Of a stretch of 64,000 nucleotides of DNA, positions 40,114 through 50,414 are shown piece after piece. Origin of the DNA: Gammaproteobacteria bacterium (GTDB lineage: Bacteria > Pseudomonadota > Gammaproteobacteria > Ga0077536); contig CAXXLL010000003.1 of NCBI GenBank assembly GCA_963662545.2, positions 2,208,001 through 2,272,000 on the forward strand. The letters run 5' to 3'. Every line of letters starts with the position of its first letter. Position 1 is the first letter of the stretch. The notes below the pieces were generated by a model. It saw nothing but the letters and a program-made list of their open reading frames with translations, was not told the origin of the DNA and searched no databases. The position numbers and the translations under genes are program-made.

Positions 40114-41145
40114 ATGACACAGCAAGTCGATACAGATGATGAACAGGCGGTCGAATTGTGGAACCTTGAATGGCCAAGCGGTGTTATCGCGGTCCAGTTC
40201 GCTCAATTCGGTGCGCAGGCGAAAACCGCGGCGGAAGCCGCTGCGGCGCTCGAGGCCTATCGCCCTCTGTTTGCGCTGGAGGATGGACCGGTAGAGTTAA
40301 ATCGCGGCGTCTTCGATGACGCCGAGTCCTATACGAACGCGCTGTTCATCGCGTACTGGACCGACACGGCAGCCTACGACCGATGGCTACGGCAGGATGC
40401 GGTTCAAGGCTTCTGGTCGCAGCTTCCGGTTGACGGTGGCGTCGGCTACTGGCAGGAGATCGTCCTTGTCCCGACTGAGCGCATCGACACGCTTTACACG
40501 CCTGATGATCCGGTCGCGAACGACCAGCCCGGTGTTGCTCAACATGGAAAGATGGGCGTGTGCCAGGCCCACGGTTATTGGGGCGCGGCACGCCACCGCA
40601 TTCGCGCCTCCAAGAAAGACGATTTCGCGCCGCAACTGGCCAGCTATGAACCGACCAAGCAGGAAACTCACGGCCGCCGCATCTCGATCACGGTACCTGG
40701 AAACGTCTGTATCGCTCGTCACCACGAAGACTGGCGCAAAGCCGAGGTGTTCGGGGACGTCTACCTGCGCAATGTGGCCGGCATAAAAGAGGCCGGTGTA
40801 AAGCATCTCGAACGGCACCCGGAACTCGGCTGCGTGAGCGCACGCGAGATAAAGGGACACGACCTCGACGGCGATGCCATCAATAGCTCAAACTCAATCG
40901 CGTGCTTCCTGTCGCTTGGGCATTTGGAGACCTGGACGCGCGCCGATCCCAGTCACCTGGCTATTCACGATGCCTTCCTTGAGGTGGTGGCGCAAATGAA
41001 ACCAGGGGAAACCTGGGACGTGCCCATGTGGCACGAGGTGTACGTCATCCCCGAGGGCAACGCCGAAGCAAAATACGTCAACTGCCACAACCGCACGGGG
41101 TTCCTCACGCTGCTCGATCGCCAACTCGCCACCGCTGACAATTAA
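40114..41145 (+). CDS. Heme-containing aldoxime dehydratase family protein (divergent)
   Basis: FIAYW, HGYWGAARHRI, LETW..PSHLAI, WHEVYV and YVNCHNRTG motifs. Confidence 0.85.
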   Translation: MTQQVDTDDEQAVELWNLEWPSGVIAVQFAQFGAQAKTAAEAAAALEAYRPLFALEDGPVELNRGVFDDAESYTNALFIAYWTDTAAYDRWLRQDAVQGFWSQLPVDGGVGYWQEIVLVPTERIDTLYTPDDPVANDQPGVAQHGKMGVCQAHGYWGAARHRIRASKKDDFAPQLASYEPTKQETHGRRISITVPGNVCIARHHEDWRKAEVFGDVYLRNVAGIKEAGVKHLERHPELGCVSAREIKGHDLDGDAINSSNSIACFLSLGHLETWTRADPSHLAIHDAFLEVVAQMKPGETWDVPMWHEVYVIPEGNAEAKYVNCHNRTGFLTLLDRQLATADN

Positions 41146-41157
41146 GAGAGAACCACG

Positions 41158-42378
41158 ATGGCAGGGCAAGCGGAACTTCAGACGCATGCGCGCTGGCTCG
41201 CGCGCCTGCTCGGGACGGATTTCCTGCTGTGGTCGCCAAACATCCAGGCCGAGGGCTTTCTGTACTGGGATCGGATCTTTGCTACGCGGTCGATTCCTCG
41301 TGGTCCGCGTGTCTGCGAATTGTTACACGCAGACCGTGAGATCGATGTCAGTTTCGAGGACCAGGGTCGAACCTGCGACATCGCCGACTTGATGCGTGAC
41401 GAGCACTTGAGCGGCCTCATCGTCCTCAAGAACGGCGAGATCCTCCTCGAACGATACGCACTCGGCCTGACGCCGGAGCTGCGCTGGCAATCCTCTTCGA
41501 TGGTGAAATCGATCACCTCGTCGCTCATTGGGGCGGCGCTGCATGACGGCCTCATCGACAGCCTCGATGATGAGATGACGGCATACCTCCCGGACTTCAC
41601 GGGAACCGCTTATGACGGCGTAACGTTACGCCACCTGCTCAGTATGACCAGTGGTATTGATTGGAGCGAAGATTACGAGGACATGAAGGCCGACGTGCAG
41701 GAGCATTACATTAAGCCGATCGCCAAGCGCGAGCCGGGTCATATCGCGAATTATATGAAGACACTAAAGCGTATCGATGAACCAGGCACGCAGTACTACT
41801 ACAACACCGGCGACACTTTTCTACTCAGTCTGATCTTAAGCAAAGTAACCGGTAAAACGGTGGCGGACTATTGTGCAGAGAAGATCTGGGTACCCGCCGG
41901 CATGGAACAGGATGGCTATTTCATGCTGGATTCGGACGACGGGCAGGAGATCACGGGCAGCTGCTGCGGCGCATCGCTCCGCGATTACGCGAGGTTCGGG
42001 CTGTTGATGCTGAACGACGGCGTAAGCCCGAACGGCGAACGCGTTCTGCCAGAGGGTTGGACTCTCGAGGCCACGGCACCTTCGGCTCCTAACTTCCACA
42101 AGGACATCGGCGATCGGCCGAGGCTCGACACCTCCGCCTTTACCGGCTACGGCTACCTCTGGTGGGTCCACCATCCGGGATCGTTTATGGCGCTCGGCGC
42201 GTATGGTCAGTGGATCCACGTCGAACCGGGGGACGGACTGGTGTTCGTGATGGTCGGCGCGATGCCGCGGGAAACATACATGGACCCGGCCGAGCCCGCC
42301 GCGCAGGAAATCGGGTCGCAGCACGGTGGTCCGCGGCGCTTTGCGTTCATCGAGGCGGTTCGCGAGGCGCTCAGCTAA
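41158..42378 (+). CDS. Serine hydrolase, beta-lactamase class C/NylB-like
   Basis: SMVK (SxxK), LLSMTSG, YYYNTGD, GYGYLWW and GAYGQ motifs. Confidence 0.9.
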   Translation: MAGQAELQTHARWLARLLGTDFLLWSPNIQAEGFLYWDRIFATRSIPRGPRVCELLHADREIDVSFEDQGRTCDIADLMRDEHLSGLIVLKNGEILLERYALGLTPELRWQSSSMVKSITSSLIGAALHDGLIDSLDDEMTAYLPDFTGTAYDGVTLRHLLSMTSGIDWSEDYEDMKADVQEHYIKPIAKREPGHIANYMKTLKRIDEPGTQYYYNTGDTFLLSLILSKVTGKTVADYCAEKIWVPAGMEQDGYFMLDSDDGQEITGSCCGASLRDYARFGLLMLNDGVSPNGERVLPEGWTLEATAPSAPNFHKDIGDRPRLDTSAFTGYGYLWWVHHPGSFMALGAYGQWIHVEPGDGLVFVMVGAMPRETYMDPAEPAAQEIGSQHGGPRRFAFIEAVREALS

Positions 42379-42549
42379 TTATTCCCGGCACCTGGTGCCG
42401 AGAGTAATACGTTACTTAGGAATTAAAGATTCACCAAATTCTTGACGGTTTAAAGATTAATCCCTCCGCTATCTTTTATATTCTGGCAAGCTTTAACTCG
42501 CGCCGAAGCGGCAACAAACCAATGATTTGTTTGTCACGTATTAATTTTA

Positions 42550-42712
42550 GTGGTGAGGGGCATAGATTTGAAAAACTCGGGACTGAAAACGTACCGCCGT
42601 TCTTCACGCGCGGCATCCTTCTTGATTTTCGTAGGTTAAAAGGTCACCCTCCCGAAAGGTCCGAGGAAATCACCGTAGATGACATTCAGGCCGCGTTAAA
42701 GCGATAGGGATT
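42550..42712 (+). pseudogene. Diverged duplicate fragment of the cyclase gene (39443-39605)
   Basis: GHRFEKLGTENVPPFFTRGILLDFRRLKG..ERSEEITVDDIQAALKR* versus the parental sequence. Confidence 0.85.
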
Positions 42713-42794
42713 CATCGACGCCGGCACCGATCTCTGCTATGCGGTCTGCAATTTCATCGATGACTGCGAATAGTCACTATCGTTCGCACCACTC

Positions 42795-43109
42795 TCATGT
42801 CGGATCCAGCAGTTTGAGCTTTTCGCTAAGCGCCGTCTGCTCGGCGTCAGTTAACTGAAACTCAACACCAGCATTGCCGTCGATTTCTGATCGGTACCGA
42901 ACGATGTAGTCGAATCTTCCGAACTTGTCGGACTCCAGAGTGCCATTGTTTAAGGTGTGGGGTAATCCCGCCAGAACGAGGCGGGCACCGCCGAGCGAAA
43001 TATCGACCATGTCACACTTGGCGCTGGTTCCAGCACAGTGAAATTCAACTTGTTCAAAGACCGGATAGCGCTTATAACGCCGGCGTTCGGAGCGATTGCT
43101 GTTGGTCAT
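42795..43109 (-). CDS. PilZ domain protein
   Basis: ERRRYKR (RxxxR) and DISLGG (DxSxxG) motifs. Confidence 0.85.
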   Translation of the reverse strand: MTNSNRSERRRYKRYPVFEQVEFHCAGTSAKCDMVDISLGGARLVLAGLPHTLNNGTLESDKFGRFDYIVRYRSEIDGNAGVEFQLTDAEQTALSEKLKLLDPT

Positions 43110-43270
43110 GCGGTGATCTACCGCGGCAGGGGTTGGGCCGGATTGGCAGCGCGTCACAGGGTCGAGGTGCCGCGCCGCGGTGAGCGAGCGGTTGTCTACG
43201 CACCCGGGGGCGATACGATTATGTCATTTTTTGCGGTACTAAGCGAAAGAGGAAATTCCGCGGATCAATC

Positions 43271-43892
43271 TTACTCCGACCCGATCTTTCGAAGAATTTC
43301 TCTCGGCAGATTTATAACAAGCGATGCGTCGACGATATCATGCGCCACCGTGTGCATCTTGCGTCGCTGTGATCTTGCAAGAAAGCGCAAAGCTGTCGCA
43401 GCGGCGGTTTGTTCCAGGCGATAACGTTCCATGAGAATGCCGATCGCGGTGCTGATCAAACGTGCGTGTTCGATAGCCTCGGTTAACTTCTGAATCTCGA
43501 TGCGCATATTCGTCAATTCGTCAGCGCGAGCTAGTGCGGCCCGCACGAGAGGAAGCAGTTGCGTCACTTCAATGGGTTTGACGAAGTAGCCGAGCGCACC
43601 CAGGCCGATTGCCTCGGCAATGGTCTCTTCGAGTCGGACCGCCGACAGGACAAAGAACGGCGGCGGCTCGTCGGTGAAGCGGCGCACGAGATCGAGGCCA
43701 GACATGTCCGGTAGGCGTATGTCGACTATCGCGAGCCGCGGCCTATCGGTCTTAATCGCCTGCATTGCCGCGCCACCCGAGTACGCGACCTTGACCGGAA
43801 AGCCGGCGGCGGAAAGACCTTCGGAAAAAACGTTCGCAGAAAGTCGCAGAAAGTCGGTCGTCCTCGGCGATCAGAATGTAGTCACTATTCAC
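43271..43892 (-). pseudogene. REC-ANTAR response regulator, frameshifted by a 10-bp tandem duplication
   Basis: GTG 43892 ILIAEDD.. joins IVDIRLPDMSG..KP..AIGILMERY..LRFLARSQRRKM only if one TCGCAGAAAG (43834-43853) is removed. Confidence 0.8.
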
Positions 43893-44066
43893 GTGATCCC
43901 CATCAGTGGCGCATGAACCGCGTTACGGACGTCCGCAACGACGCAGGGTTTTTCAGGTATGTGACAGGATCCGCAAGACGGGCTCGCTGACGGGTGGTCC
44001 CATCTACGGATGCGGAGAAAAAGATCGAGACGATCTGATCCTTGATAATGAGAATCCTACGCAACG

Positions 44067-45527
44067 TCACGCCCTTTTTAGCATCCGCGTGATAAACGGG
44101 AATCCGATGTGGAAGGCCGTGCCGGAATTCCGCTCGCACATCAAAGTCCCGGAGATCTGCGAGACGAACAGATTAACCAATTCTAGCCCGAGCGTGCTGG
44201 AATTAGCCGGATCGATGCTGCGCGGAAGCCCTACGCCATCATCCTTAACGATCAGATTGATCTCATCGCCGTTGAATACCTCCAACAGGACCTCCACCGT
44301 CCCACCATCCTTCCCGCGAAACGCATGCTGGAACGCATTGCTGAGGAGTTCATTCACAATCAGGCCACTGAAGATCGCAGTATCAATTCCGACGATAAGC
44401 GCTGGCGCGGTGACCTTGACCGAAATGTTTCGCGAGGCACGATCATTAATCACCGAAATGTGCTGAACTAGCTGCCGTAAATATCCGTCGAGCGAGATCG
44501 CGGTAAGTTCCCGCGTGCCATAAAGCTGATCGTGTACCATGGAGATCGATTTAATTCTTGCCGCGCACTCATCGAACAACAGTTTGACGGCTCGCTCATC
44601 GGTCTGACGGGATTGCAGGTGCAGGAGACTGACGATGATCTGAAAGTTATTCTTGACGCGGTGGTTTACCTCCCGCATGAGGACGTCCTTTTCGTCCAGT
44701 GACTTCTGTAATTCCGCCTCGAGTGCCCTTCGCTCGTTGATTTCCGCTTTCAGATTCGTGTTGGATTCGACAACCTCCGTCGTTCGTTGACGGACGCGAT
44801 CCTCGAGATCTCTATTAAGCTCTTCGACTTGAACTTTCTCCCGATTCAAGTCCAGCACCAAGAGGGCGTTTTCGTGCTGCAATCGCAGAGCGTTGATGAG
44901 GGTGCTGTGCATGCGAAGCGCATTGACGGTAAGAAATCCGAAGAACATGATCATCGCGCCCCCGAGGACGGAGGCCTCCAGCGGGCCGTGGATAATCAAA
45001 TATGCCGCAAACGGAATCAACGCCGGTACGGCGAAGGAAAAGAACGCGCCCTTGACTATCGACAAAGCCGCCACTGACCCGGCGCTCAAACCACACGCCC
45101 ACAGGACGGTCATGCCGATCAACGTAATTCTATTGTCAGGCACAAGCACCCAAGCCGAGCTCCCCCAGAATGCGCCGTTAGCCATGACTCCCGCGATAAA
45201 CCAAGCCAGCCAGTACGAACGTTCCGTCCCATCGATAACTGCACGCCGATAGCGGTCGATGAGGTGCACCCGCCCGGCAGTAATGATGAGCAGTACTGCG
45301 CACCAAGCGATCAGGACCTCGTGAGGCGTGATTGCCCACAGAATAACAATGAGCATCGCGGCTGCGACCACGTTGGCGATCAACGCGGCGCCTGATTGAT
45401 CGAACAGGACTTCGATTTGCTTTGGTCGCAGTTCGGCGCGATCGGTGTCAGAACTCACTTGCAATACCTGGTATTTCCGGATCGTCGTAGGTCGTTGTCG
45501 ACGGATCTTTCGAGGGATAAGTACCAT
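44067..45527 (-). CDS. Membrane sensor histidine kinase (HisKA_2 type)
   Basis: Multiple TM helices, EVNHRVKNN H-box, NELLSNAFQHA and DDGVG motifs. Confidence 0.9.
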   Translation of the reverse strand: MVLIPRKIRRQRPTTIRKYQVLQVSSDTDRAELRPKQIEVLFDQSGAALIANVVAAAMLIVILWAITPHEVLIAWCAVLLIITAGRVHLIDRYRRAVIDGTERSYWLAWFIAGVMANGAFWGSSAWVLVPDNRITLIGMTVLWACGLSAGSVAALSIVKGAFFSFAVPALIPFAAYLIIHGPLEASVLGGAMIMFFGFLTVNALRMHSTLINALRLQHENALLVLDLNREKVQVEELNRDLEDRVRQRTTEVVESNTNLKAEINERRALEAELQKSLDEKDVLMREVNHRVKNNFQIIVSLLHLQSRQTDERAVKLLFDECAARIKSISMVHDQLYGTRELTAISLDGYLRQLVQHISVINDRASRNISVKVTAPALIVGIDTAIFSGLIVNELLSNAFQHAFRGKDGGTVEVLLEVFNGDEINLIVKDDGVGLPRSIDPANSSTLGLELVNLFVSQISGTLMCERNSGTAFHIGFPFITRMLKRA

Positions 45528-45805
45528 TTGAAGATTATCCCGTGATCACGGGGCGGTATTTCCCAAATTGAAGTGATGAGGCACTCGTGAACAACGACCA
45601 ACGAGGCTAATCCCCAAGTTCGGCCACCGTAGCAGGTACGGTCAACTTAAGTCAGAACTTTTCCAAGTCGGGCGAAACTAGCCGCCACCGAAACAAACAA
45701 TCAATAACTTAGCGCCCCTCGCGTGCCTTAGGCACTCCCCCAAATCGGTTACATTGGCTATGCCCCGACAAGCACTCCCGTGCCCGTCTTTTAAAGGATT
45801 TTATT

Positions 45806-46888
45806 TCAAACCGCGTTATGTCCAACCGCCTCCCGCCGCATCCATTTATCGACCACGACCGGCACGGAGTGCGGTGATTTGAGGCTGACGTAGACGCCGA
45901 TGTGACCGCCGGGCAGTTCCGCCTCGGTGTAATCGTCGGTACCGATCAGGCCCTTCAGCGCCTTCGATGATGCCGGCGGTACCAGATGATCATCACGCGC
46001 AAAAATGTTCAATACCGGCATCGTGATGCGAGCGGGTTCGACCGTACGCCCGCCGATCGTCAACGTGCCTTTGACCAGCTTGTTTCCTTGGTAGAGATCC
46101 CGTGCGAACTCACGGAACGCCGTCGCCGTCAGGGCGGGGCTGTCGAAGATCCATTTTTCCATGCGCAAAAACATGGCGGCGGCTTCCACGTCATCGATTT
46201 GTTCCAGGAAGCGAATGTACTTGGCCTGGGTCAAACGATAGGGTTTAAGTGAAAGAAACAACGCGTTCAAGAAGTCGCCGCTCAGGTTCCCGGAGCTTTC
46301 GACCAGGGCATCGACGTCGACGTGGCGCACCAGGTGGCTCAACATATCGCCTTCGGTATGAAAGTCGATCGGCGTGACGGTGGCGATCAAGCGCTCGACT
46401 TTATCCGGATGCAAGGCCGCATAGCAGGTGCTGAAAGTCCCGCCCTGGCAGATCCCGAGCAAGGTCAGGCGCTCGCGCTCGAGGCACCGGCGCAGATGAT
46501 CAACGCAGGCATCGATGTAGCGGTTGATGTAATCGTCGAGTCCGACTAAGCGATCCGAGCCATCGGGATAGCCCCAATCGATCAGGTACACGTCGAATCC
46601 CCGCTCCAAGAGCGCGGCGATGAGCGAACGTCCAGGTTGCAGATCGGCCACCTCAGGCCGGTTGACCAGAGCGTAGACGATGAGGATCGGTGTCGTGTGC
46701 GCCGCCTCGGCCGGGCCGCGATAGCGGTACAGAACAATGCCTTCCTTGCGCAGGATCGCGTCTCTTGGTGACGTCCCGATCTTGACGTCCTGCAAGCGAC
46801 GCAAGGTGTCGGGCGCCGATGCAAGCCGCGCGTGGAAATCGGCCATCTCGCGCGCAATGGAAGCAGGAGTCAGTTCGAGCTTCGCCAT
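45806..46888 (-). CDS. phaC: Class III PHA synthase subunit
   Basis: IVYALVNRP, lipase box GICQGG, WIFDSP, DHLVP and GGHIG motifs. Confidence 0.95.
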   Translation of the reverse strand: MAKLELTPASIAREMADFHARLASAPDTLRRLQDVKIGTSPRDAILRKEGIVLYRYRGPAEAAHTTPILIVYALVNRPEVADLQPGRSLIAALLERGFDVYLIDWGYPDGSDRLVGLDDYINRYIDACVDHLRRCLERERLTLLGICQGGTFSTCYAALHPDKVERLIATVTPIDFHTEGDMLSHLVRHVDVDALVESSGNLSGDFLNALFLSLKPYRLTQAKYIRFLEQIDDVEAAAMFLRMEKWIFDSPALTATAFREFARDLYQGNKLVKGTLTIGGRTVEPARITMPVLNIFARDDHLVPPASSKALKGLIGTDDYTEAELPGGHIGVYVSLKSPHSVPVVVDKWMRREAVGHNAV

Positions 46889-46896
46889 GCAGGCCC

Positions 46897-47949
46897 TCAA
46901 TCTCGATCCGGGAGGATCTCGGCGATATCGAATTCACCCGCGCCCGGTTTTGTCTCGCGCTTGCGCCCGCGCGCCACTTGGCGACGCAACCCGGCAGGTT
47001 TCGACGCCCGTGTTGCGCTTGATGCCGGCGGCTTCTTGCGAGCCTTGGGCTTGCTTCGCACCCCGGCCTTGGACGTCGGGCGCTCCTGCTTATCGCTCGT
47101 GGTGAGTGCCTGGCGCATGTCGTCGAGCGCCGCACGTAGCGATTCGATTTCTCGCGTCATCATTTTTTGGCGTTCGAGCAAGGCATCGACTTCAGAACGG
47201 TTCGGCAAGTCTGTTAGGCCGGCGATGCGGTCCTGCCATCCCCGCAGCTTTAATTGCACGGCGCTGGTCGCGTTGATACAGGCGGCGAAGTCCGCCGCAA
47301 AGGCATCGGTCATGACCAACTCTGCATAGGCGTTTTCGGCGATTTCGACCCAGGCGTCGTAAAGTAACTTGAGCGAGGTAATGGGTTCGCCCGATGTGTC
47401 GCGGAGAAATGCGGCGAAGCGCGCGAGGGCGACTTCGACGGCCTGCTGGTAGCGCTCCGAGAGCATTCCCGCGGCTCGCCTTTGGGCGATGAACGCCTCC
47501 TGCAGTTCTTTTCCTGCATCGACCCATTCTCGATAGGGTCCGATGGCCGGCCAATCGAACCATTGGGATTGCGCATCGAGAAAACTGGCGGAGAATCTGC
47601 CGTCGGTCGCCGCCGCGGCTCCTGAAAAAAGGCTCGCGAAGGGCGACATTGACGCGGTTGTAAGAAATGCCCGCAACAGACGATCGCCGTCGCCGAGTGC
47701 GCCCGCAGCTTTGATGCGATCGATCGCCGCCGCGAGCCGCGACCCGAGATCGCCCGTTTCGTTCCCCTGTGCGAAATGTTTCATCACCTCGGCGAATGCG
47801 GAATAGGCGCCAGCCAGATCGCCGAGGTCGGCAGCTTGCGCGCCGCGTGGGTGCACTTTCCAGCCGGGGAATCCGGTGCCGGCAGGGCCCAGCCATTCTG
47901 TCCAGGCATTGAGCCAGGACCCATAGTCTTTGCCTGTTGGCCCAGTCAT
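46897..47949 (-). CDS. phaE: Class III PHA synthase subunit E
   Basis: PAIGPYRE, LYDAWVEIAENAY and LPNRSEVD motifs; directly upstream of phaC. Confidence 0.88.
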   Translation of the reverse strand: MTGPTGKDYGSWLNAWTEWLGPAGTGFPGWKVHPRGAQAADLGDLAGAYSAFAEVMKHFAQGNETGDLGSRLAAAIDRIKAAGALGDGDRLLRAFLTTASMSPFASLFSGAAAATDGRFSASFLDAQSQWFDWPAIGPYREWVDAGKELQEAFIAQRRAAGMLSERYQQAVEVALARFAAFLRDTSGEPITSLKLLYDAWVEIAENAYAELVMTDAFAADFAACINATSAVQLKLRGWQDRIAGLTDLPNRSEVDALLERQKMMTREIESLRAALDDMRQALTTSDKQERPTSKAGVRSKPKARKKPPASSATRASKPAGLRRQVARGRKRETKPGAGEFDIAEILPDRD

Positions 47950-47981
47950 CGGCCGCTAATCCATGGGGAGCCGCACATGGT

Positions 47982-48149
47982 TAAGGAACCTCTGAATAAG
48001 TTATGGCACGCCTGCCTTGCGCCTGAAATCGCGGAGCCTTACGTTACGAATCTTGCCCATAGTCCCCGCTATGGCCTGCGATTCGTGCCTAGATCTGCAC
48101 GATTTCATGCGCCATTCACCCGGACCTTAACTTATTCAGAGGTTCCCTA
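47982..48149 (+). mobile_element. 168-bp MITE, copy A
   Basis: TA-AGGAACCTCTGAATAAG...CTTATTCAGAGGTTCCC-TA with a central CATAG..CTATG hairpin. Confidence 0.85.
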
Positions 48150-48151
48150 GC

Positions 48152-50089
48152 TCATTTGTTCGTCCGGTTATCGACGAGTTCATCAACGACGGCGGGATCG
48201 GCCAAGGTCGAGGTATCGCCGAGATTATCCAATTCATTGGCCGCCACCTTGCGCAGTATGCGGCGCATGATCTTGCCGGATCGCGTCTTCGGCAGTCCGG
48301 GCGCCCACTGGATGACATCCGGCGAGGCAATGGCGCCTATTTCCTTACGCACGTGCTGTACGAGTTCCTTGCGCAGGTCCTCACTCGCCTCGACGTCCTT
48401 CATCAGGGTAACGTAGGCGTAGATCCCCTGGCCCTTGATGTCGTGCGGAAAGCCAACGACTGCGGCTTCCGACACCGCGTCATGCAATACCAGAGCGCTT
48501 TCGACTTCCGCCGTGCCCATGCGATGGCCGGCAACGTTGATCACGTCGTCCACCCGCCCAGTGATCCAATAGTAGCCGTCCTCGTCCCGTCGCGCGCCGT
48601 CGCCCGTGAAATAGCTGCCGGGAAAGGTCTTGAAATAAGTCTCCTTAAAGCGTTCGTGATCGCCGTAAAGCGTGCGCATCTGTCCGGGCCAGGAAGCCTT
48701 GATGACGAGCGCGCCTTTCGCAGCGCCCTCCAGTTCCCGCCCCTTGTCGTCGACCAGCGCGGGTTGCACGCCGAAGAACGGCAGGGTCGCGGAGCCTGGT
48801 TTCAGGGTTCGTGCGCCGGGCAAGGGCGTGATCAATATGCCGCCGGTTTCCGTCTGCCACCAGGTATCCACGATCGGGCAGCGTGCATCACCAACGATGT
48901 TGTAATACCACTCCCAGGCTTCAGGATTGATCGGTTCACCGACACTGCCGAGAATACGCAGGCTCGCACGGCTCGAGGACTTGACGAAATCGTCGCCTTG
49001 CCCCATGAGCGCACGGAGCGCGGTGGGCGCGGTGTAGAAGATGTTGACCTGGTGCTTGTCGACGACCTGCCACATACGGCCCGCATCCGGAAAGGTCGGC
49101 ACGCCTTCGAACATCAATGTGATTGCGCCGTTAGCCAGCGGTCCATAGACGATATAAGTATGGCCGGTCACCCAGCCGACATCGGCCGTGCACCAGAAGA
49201 CATCACCGTCGTGGTAGTCGAAAACATATTTGTGCGTGATCGCAGCATGCAGCATATAACCGCCGGTGGTGTGCAAAACCCCCTTGGGCTTGCCGGTCGA
49301 ACCGGACGTATAGAGGATGAAGAGCGGATCTTCCGCGTCCATTGATTCGGGCGGACATTCCGGGTTCGCTTCAGCGACAGCCTCGTGGTACCAGTGATCG
49401 CGCCCTTCCGTCCAGGCGATTTCGCCGCCGGTGCGCTTGACCACGATGACCGATTTGACACCGGGACAGCTTTCGAGCGCTTTATCGGTATTGGCCTTGA
49501 GCGGCACCGTGCGCCCGCCGCGTAATCCCTCGTCCGCCGTGATCACGGCGCAGCAGTCGGAATCGAGGATTCGGTCTTTGAGCGAATCCGGCGAGAAGCC
49601 ACCGAAAACGACGGAGTGCACCGCGCCGATGCGGGCGCAAGCCAACATCGCGACCGCGGCTTCGGGTACCATCGGCATGTATATCGATACGCGATCACCT
49701 TTCTTGACGCCCTGTGATTTCAGCACATTGGCGAAGCGGCAAACTTCCTCAAACAGCTCTCGATAGGTGAGGCGCTTGTCCTCGGCGGGATCGTCTCCCT
49801 CCCAGATAATCGCGGTCTGATCGCCGCGCTTATCGAGGTGGCGATCGAGGCAGTTGTAGGTCGCGTTGAGCCGAGCGCCCTCGAACCAGCGAATTTCGGC
49901 CGCCTTGAAATCGAAGGATGAGACCGTGTCCCATGGCTTTTCCCAGGAGATGAACGCCGCGGCCTGCTCGGCCCAGAACCCATCAGGATCCTCGATCGAA
50001 CGTTGGTACATCTCGAGATACTGCGCTTCGTTGATGTGGGCTTTAGCGACGACGTCAGCCGTAACGGGATGGGTCTTGATTTCAAACAT
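48152..50089 (-). CDS. acs: Acetyl-CoA synthetase
   Basis: [21 protein letters not shown] and [11 protein letters not shown] motifs. Confidence 0.97.
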   Translation of the reverse strand: MFEIKTHPVTADVVAKAHINEAQYLEMYQRSIEDPDGFWAEQAAAFISWEKPWDTVSSFDFKAAEIRWFEGARLNATYNCLDRHLDKRGDQTAIIWEGDDPAEDKRLTYRELFEEVCRFANVLKSQGVKKGDRVSIYMPMVPEAAVAMLACARIGAVHSVVFGGFSPDSLKDRILDSDCCAVITADEGLRGGRTVPLKANTDKALESCPGVKSVIVVKRTGGEIAWTEGRDHWYHEAVAEANPECPPESMDAEDPLFILYTSGSTGKPKGVLHTTGGYMLHAAITHKYVFDYHDGDVFWCTADVGWVTGHTYIVYGPLANGAITLMFEGVPTFPDAGRMWQVVDKHQVNIFYTAPTALRALMGQGDDFVKSSSRASLRILGSVGEPINPEAWEWYYNIVGDARCPIVDTWWQTETGGILITPLPGARTLKPGSATLPFFGVQPALVDDKGRELEGAAKGALVIKASWPGQMRTLYGDHERFKETYFKTFPGSYFTGDGARRDEDGYYWITGRVDDVINVAGHRMGTAEVESALVLHDAVSEAAVVGFPHDIKGQGIYAYVTLMKDVEASEDLRKELVQHVRKEIGAIASPDVIQWAPGLPKTRSGKIMRRILRKVAANELDNLGDTSTLADPAVVDELVDNRTNK

Positions 50090-50143
50090 TAATCGAGTCT
50101 CCAGCACGACGCCCTGGTAAGGCTGGCGTACATTTGCTTGGCT

Positions 50144-50311
50144 TAAGGAACCTCTGAATAAGTGATGGCACACTTGCCGGGCGCCTGAAATCGCGGAGCC
50201 TTACGTGACGCATCTTGCCAATAGTCCCCGCTATGGCCTGCGATTCGTGCCTTGACCTGCACGATTTCATGCACCATTCACCCGCACCATCACCTATTCA
50301 GAGGTTCCTTA
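50144..50311 (+). mobile_element. 168-bp MITE, copy B
   Basis: Same IRs and interior as copy A, same orientation. Confidence 0.85.
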
Positions 50312-50414
50312 ATAACATGCGACAGACCGGATTGGATCCCGCAATCCGAATGCACGAAACGGTACGATAACGGCGCGGGATTTTAGCACAGCCCCCGCGC
50401 GCAGCCGGCGCATA

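Noticed and set aside
39443-42712. Possible DGR template/variable repeat pair (cyclase gene and its copy)
   Set aside because: Differences are not adenine-specific (C/G, T/C and T/G changes), the segment is mid-gene, and no reverse transcriptase is in the window.
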